DNA of 63,768 bases, filler included, from Actinomycetota bacterium (GTDB taxonomy: Bacteria; Actinomycetota; Actinomycetes; JAKEEW01): NCBI GenBank assembly GCA_046725875.1. It is 4 parts of 4 records of this genome, joined end to end, with 100 filler letters (N's around TTAATTAATTAA, not from the genome) between each part and the next. Parts side by side here need not be neighbours in the genome. Positions count along the whole stretch, not along the records: positions 59,441 to 63,768 come from JBKOZJ010000131.1; 3 more parts are not named here. One strand, written 5' to 3'. The notes under the pieces were generated by a model that ran no database searches, was not told the origin of the DNA, and was given only the letters and a program-made list of their open reading frames with translations. Numbering within the stretch: position 1 is the first letter of the stretch; the number at the start of each line of letters is the position of its first letter. Below are positions 60,956 to 63,768 of this stretch, piece by piece. Both the position numbers and the translations under genes were made by a program.

Positions 60956-61246
60956 TTAGCTCCGGCGTACGTCTACGGTGTCGAGCTCCTGTCGCTCGGG
61001 CTCGGTCATCGGTGTCGCGCCGGTGTCGCTGAGCACGCGCCGGGTGGCCGGGCTGATGCGCTCCTGGAATGCCCGGTCGCAGAGCTCCTTGGACTCCCAG
61101 ACGTCGAAGTAGTGCAGCTTGCCGTCGGTCGTCTTCGACGCGACGTGCACGATCAGGCCCTTCATCGGCTCGTTGCCGACCTTTGTGGAGATCTTGCCGT
61201 AGACCTCTGCGCTGATAGGTACGTCCTGGGTGAACACGTATGTCAC
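60956..61246 (-). CDS. Small hypothetical protein (ABM-like dimeric barrel)
   Basis: GLIVHVA...YFDVWESKE.CDR.F.ER; AAAGGGGG RBS. Confidence 0.7.
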   Translation of the reverse strand: MTYVFTQDVPISAEVYGKISTKVGNEPMKGLIVHVASKTTDGKLHYFDVWESKELCDRAFQERISPATRRVLSDTGATPMTEPERQELDTVDVRRS

Positions 61247-61282
61247 GGGACCCCGCCCCCTTTCGTATTGGCGGTGGATCCA

Positions 61283-61311
61283 TATTCACCCGAAGATTTT
61301 TCGGATGAATA
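61283..61311. promoter_or_regulatory. Putative TetR operator between the divergent genes
   Basis: TATTCACCCGAAGATTTTTCGGATGAATA imperfect palindrome. Confidence 0.55.
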
Positions 61312-61328
61312 CCAGTACACTATGGCGA

Positions 61329-62012
61329 ATGAGGAAGGAAGTCAAACGGCGTCCGTATCACTCCCCTCGCCGGATCACCGCGGCAGCCGCCACCAGGCAG
61401 ACGATCTTGACTGCGGCACGGTCGGAGTTTCTGCGCCACGGCTACACCGCGACGACCATCGCGGGGATCGCCAAGGCCGCGAACGTCGCCGTGGACACCG
61501 TGTACGCCTCGGTCGGCCGCAAACCCGCGCTATTCCGCGAGCTAATCGAGGCCGCGATGGCCGGCCAGGACCAAAACGGGCCGGTCGCCGATGGCGACTC
61601 CCTCGGGCCGGTTCGATCCGAACCCACAGCCGGTGCGAAGATCGAGCTGTACGCCTCGACGATTGCCGCGATCCACCAACGCCTGGCTCCGCTGTTCCTC
61701 GCGCTCCGCGAGGCCGCCACCGCCCACCCCGAACTCGCCGAGCTGTGGTCCCAGGTCGCGGACCGGCGCGTGCGAGACATGCGCGCGCTTACCGCGGACC
61801 TCCTCGCCACCGGAGAGCTACGCCCAGGGCTCAGCCCCGACGAGATTGCCGACATCCTGTGGAGCATGAACGCGGCGGAGTACTACATCCTGCTGGTTCA
61901 CGACCGGGGCTGGACACCGCAGAGATTTGGGCAGTGGCTCGCCGAGGCCTGGCGCAGGCTCCTGATCAATCCGAGCGGACCGGCCCCGACCGGCGAGCGC
62001 GACGCGCCTTGA
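61329..62012 (+). CDS. TetR-family transcriptional regulator
   Basis: RPYHSPRR...TRQTILTAAR.EF..HGYTATTIAGIA..ANVAVDTVYASVGRK. Confidence 0.93.
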   Translation: MRKEVKRRPYHSPRRITAAAATRQTILTAARSEFLRHGYTATTIAGIAKAANVAVDTVYASVGRKPALFRELIEAAMAGQDQNGPVADGDSLGPVRSEPTAGAKIELYASTIAAIHQRLAPLFLALREAATAHPELAELWSQVADRRVRDMRALTADLLATGELRPGLSPDEIADILWSMNAAEYYILLVHDRGWTPQRFGQWLAEAWRRLLINPSGPAPTGERDAP

Positions 62013-62062
62013 GGTGCCGGCGGGGGTGACCGATCCCCCGTGTCAGTGCCCGCCTGCACCGA

Positions 62063-63091
62063 TTACGGCCGGGATGTTTCCGCGGTAGTTCGGTCGGTGG
62101 TGGATGGGAGCAGGCCCACGGCTTGTACGCGGTCCCGGGCGGTGGGCGCTGCATAGTTGCGGGTGGTGTCCAGGCGGGCGTGGCCAAGCAGGTCGGCGAC
62201 GAGGACGAGATCGGTGCCACCGGTCACCAGCGTGGCGGCGAAGGTGTGCCGCAGGATCTGGGCGGTGGTGTCCGCGCCGAGGCCGGCCGCGACGGCGATG
62301 CGGGCGATAACGTCGCGGGCGCCACGCACGGACAGCCGCCCGCCGCGGTGATTGAGGAACAGGGCTGGGTTGGTATCGGCGCCGGGCCAGCGCGCGCGGT
62401 CGGCCAGCCAGTGGTCGATGTCAGCTCGCAGGTTCGGATGGATGGGGACCTCGCGGATCCGGTCGCCGTTGCCGTGGATGCGTAGCACCCCCCGATGATC
62501 CGAAGTGGCAACGTCGCGTGTGTCGAGGCGAACGGTCTCGGCGATCCGAGCACCAGCGTAGAACGGGAGACCGGCCAAGGCCCGGTCGCGCGGGGAAGGG
62601 TCGGACGCCACCGCACCCAGCCACCCCAGCTGGGCGGACCGGGTGAGCGACCGGGGCGCCTTGGCGGGAACGGAGCTTCGTTCGACGCCGGCCCGACCCA
62701 TGCCGCGGCGAGCGTAGAAGTCGTCGACGGCGGCCAGGGCGTTGTTGACGGTGGCCGGGGCCTGGTTGGCGGCCGTGACGAGATGAGCGCGCCACTCACC
62801 CACCGCCTGGTCCCGGGCGGCCGGGTTGGTCAGGGGGTCACCGTCGACGGCGGCGGTGGGTAGCCAGGCGAGGTATTGGCGGGTCTTGGAGGCGTATGTG
62901 CGCCGGGTCTCGGCCGACAGCGGCGCGGCACTCAGCTGGGCGGTGTAGGCGGTGTGGGCGGCGGCCAGCCGCACCGGCAGCGCGACGGGTTGGCGTCCTC
63001 GCCGTCGGGCGCCGGCGGCGCCGGGTCGCGTGGTCGCTCCGGCTGCTCGGGTCTCCAGTGGTCCGCCCTGGCGTGCGTGGCCGGGTGTCAC
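62063..63091 (-). CDS. Tyrosine recombinase (XerC/D-like), atypical active site; start uncertain
   Basis: SAETRRTY, APATVNNALAAV, GARIAE, LRHTFAT, LGHARLDTTRNY. Confidence 0.9.
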   Translation of the reverse strand: MTPGHARQGGPLETRAAGATTRPGAAGARRRGRQPVALPVRLAAAHTAYTAQLSAAPLSAETRRTYASKTRQYLAWLPTAAVDGDPLTNPAARDQAVGEWRAHLVTAANQAPATVNNALAAVDDFYARRGMGRAGVERSSVPAKAPRSLTRSAQLGWLGAVASDPSPRDRALAGLPFYAGARIAETVRLDTRDVATSDHRGVLRIHGNGDRIREVPIHPNLRADIDHWLADRARWPGADTNPALFLNHRGGRLSVRGARDVIARIAVAAGLGADTTAQILRHTFAATLVTGGTDLVLVADLLGHARLDTTRNYAAPTARDRVQAVGLLPSTTDRTTAETSRP

Positions 63092-63100
63092 TCCACAAGT

Positions 63101-63132
63101 GTACTTCCGAGAACATTGATTCTCGGAAGGAC
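63101..63132. other. Putative tyrosine recombinase crossover/operator site
   Basis: GTACTTCCGAGAA-CATTGA-TTCTCGGAAGGAC: 13-bp arms (1 mismatch) around a 6-bp asymmetric spacer, 10 bp upstream of the recombinase. Confidence 0.7.
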
Positions 63133-63216
63133 CTGGCGTATGTTGAGAGACAACCGGGACTGCGTCGACAACCACCCTGAGGCTGCCCGCCACGCCGGCT
63201 CACCGAAGGGGCTGTC

Positions 63217-63405
63217 ATGTCCGTCTTCCACCGCAACCGCCACAATTCCACCGCCAGACCGTTCGTCTCCTGGACGCCAAGCACCGCGCCCGAGCCCGTA
63301 GCCCCCGCCGCAGACGCGTCGGCGACGGCCAGCCCCCAAATCCCCACCGATGCTGCAGCCGCGCCCGAGAAACTGCGCGACCGGCCAGCTCCGCATGAGC
63401 GATGA
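63217..63405 (+). CDS. Short hypothetical protein
   Basis: AAGGGG RBS and ATG; P/A-rich; no family recognised. Confidence 0.3.
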   Translation: MSVFHRNRHNSTARPFVSWTPSTAPEPVAPAADASATASPQIPTDAAAAPEKLRDRPAPHER

Positions 63406-63584
63406 GGTGTTGAGCAACAGACGCCAGGTCAAAAAGCCGACCCCAGCACCAGCACGACCGCGTCGTCGCCCGCCGGCTGGCGACCGCAGCTCGGCACGGC
63501 CTGCAGTACACCCATCGCTGCCCCCACCGCACGAGTATCAGCGCAACCCAGATCCACTCCGGTCACGGGCGGGAAGGACTCGAC

Positions 63585-63768
63585 ATGACACTGATGACTG
63601 ACAACCGCGTGACGGTGACCTCGCTCCCGGCGCCATCAACGCCGCGGCTGCGGATGGAACCCACCGCCTCCCACGGAATTGTGCTGGACGGCGGCTGGTG
63701 GCCCCGCTCGACCGACCCCGTCGCAGAGCTGCCCGGTCTCATCCTCGCTCTCGACAAACTCCGCGGAC
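63585..63768 (+). CDS. DUF5994 family protein (3' truncated by window edge)
   Basis: GAAGGA RBS; PRLRM...VLDGGWWPRSTDPVAELPGLI. Confidence 0.8.
   Translation, partial: MTLMTDNRVTVTSLPAPSTPRLRMEPTASHGIVLDGGWWPRSTDPVAELPGLILALDKLRG

Overview
High-GC actinobacterial DNA made of four contigs joined by artificial 100-bp N/TTAATTAATTAA/N linkers (27335-27434, 40016-40115, 59341-59440), so adjacency across the linkers means nothing. Contig 1 (1-27334) is the core infB-DUF503-rbfA-truB-ribF-rpsO-pnp-M16 peptidase-dapB...thyX region, with a phenylacetate catabolic cluster (paaI, paaH, paaN, TetR-type paaR, paaABCDE, two identical operator cores) between dapB and thyX. Contig 2 (27435-40015) is accessory: Asp-box secreted protein, S1 protease, DUF5996, a broken FUSC gene, cydAB, zwf and an aminotransferase-fold protein lacking its PLP lysine. 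Contig 3 (40116-59340) is the core tRNA-Arg/response regulator/argS/hom/thrC/thrB/rho/rpmE/prfA/prmC region. In it lysA is reduced to a 13-codon C-terminal scar, a type VII secretion-like WXG/lipase pair and an N-acetyltransferase split the thr operon, and prmC carries an in-frame insertion made of a palindromic repeat also found intergenically. Contig 4 (59441-63768) holds nested IS3/IS30/IS110/group II intron debris, a TetR pair and a tyrosine recombinase with a putative crossover site. All calls come from motif recognition and synteny by eye; no searches were run.
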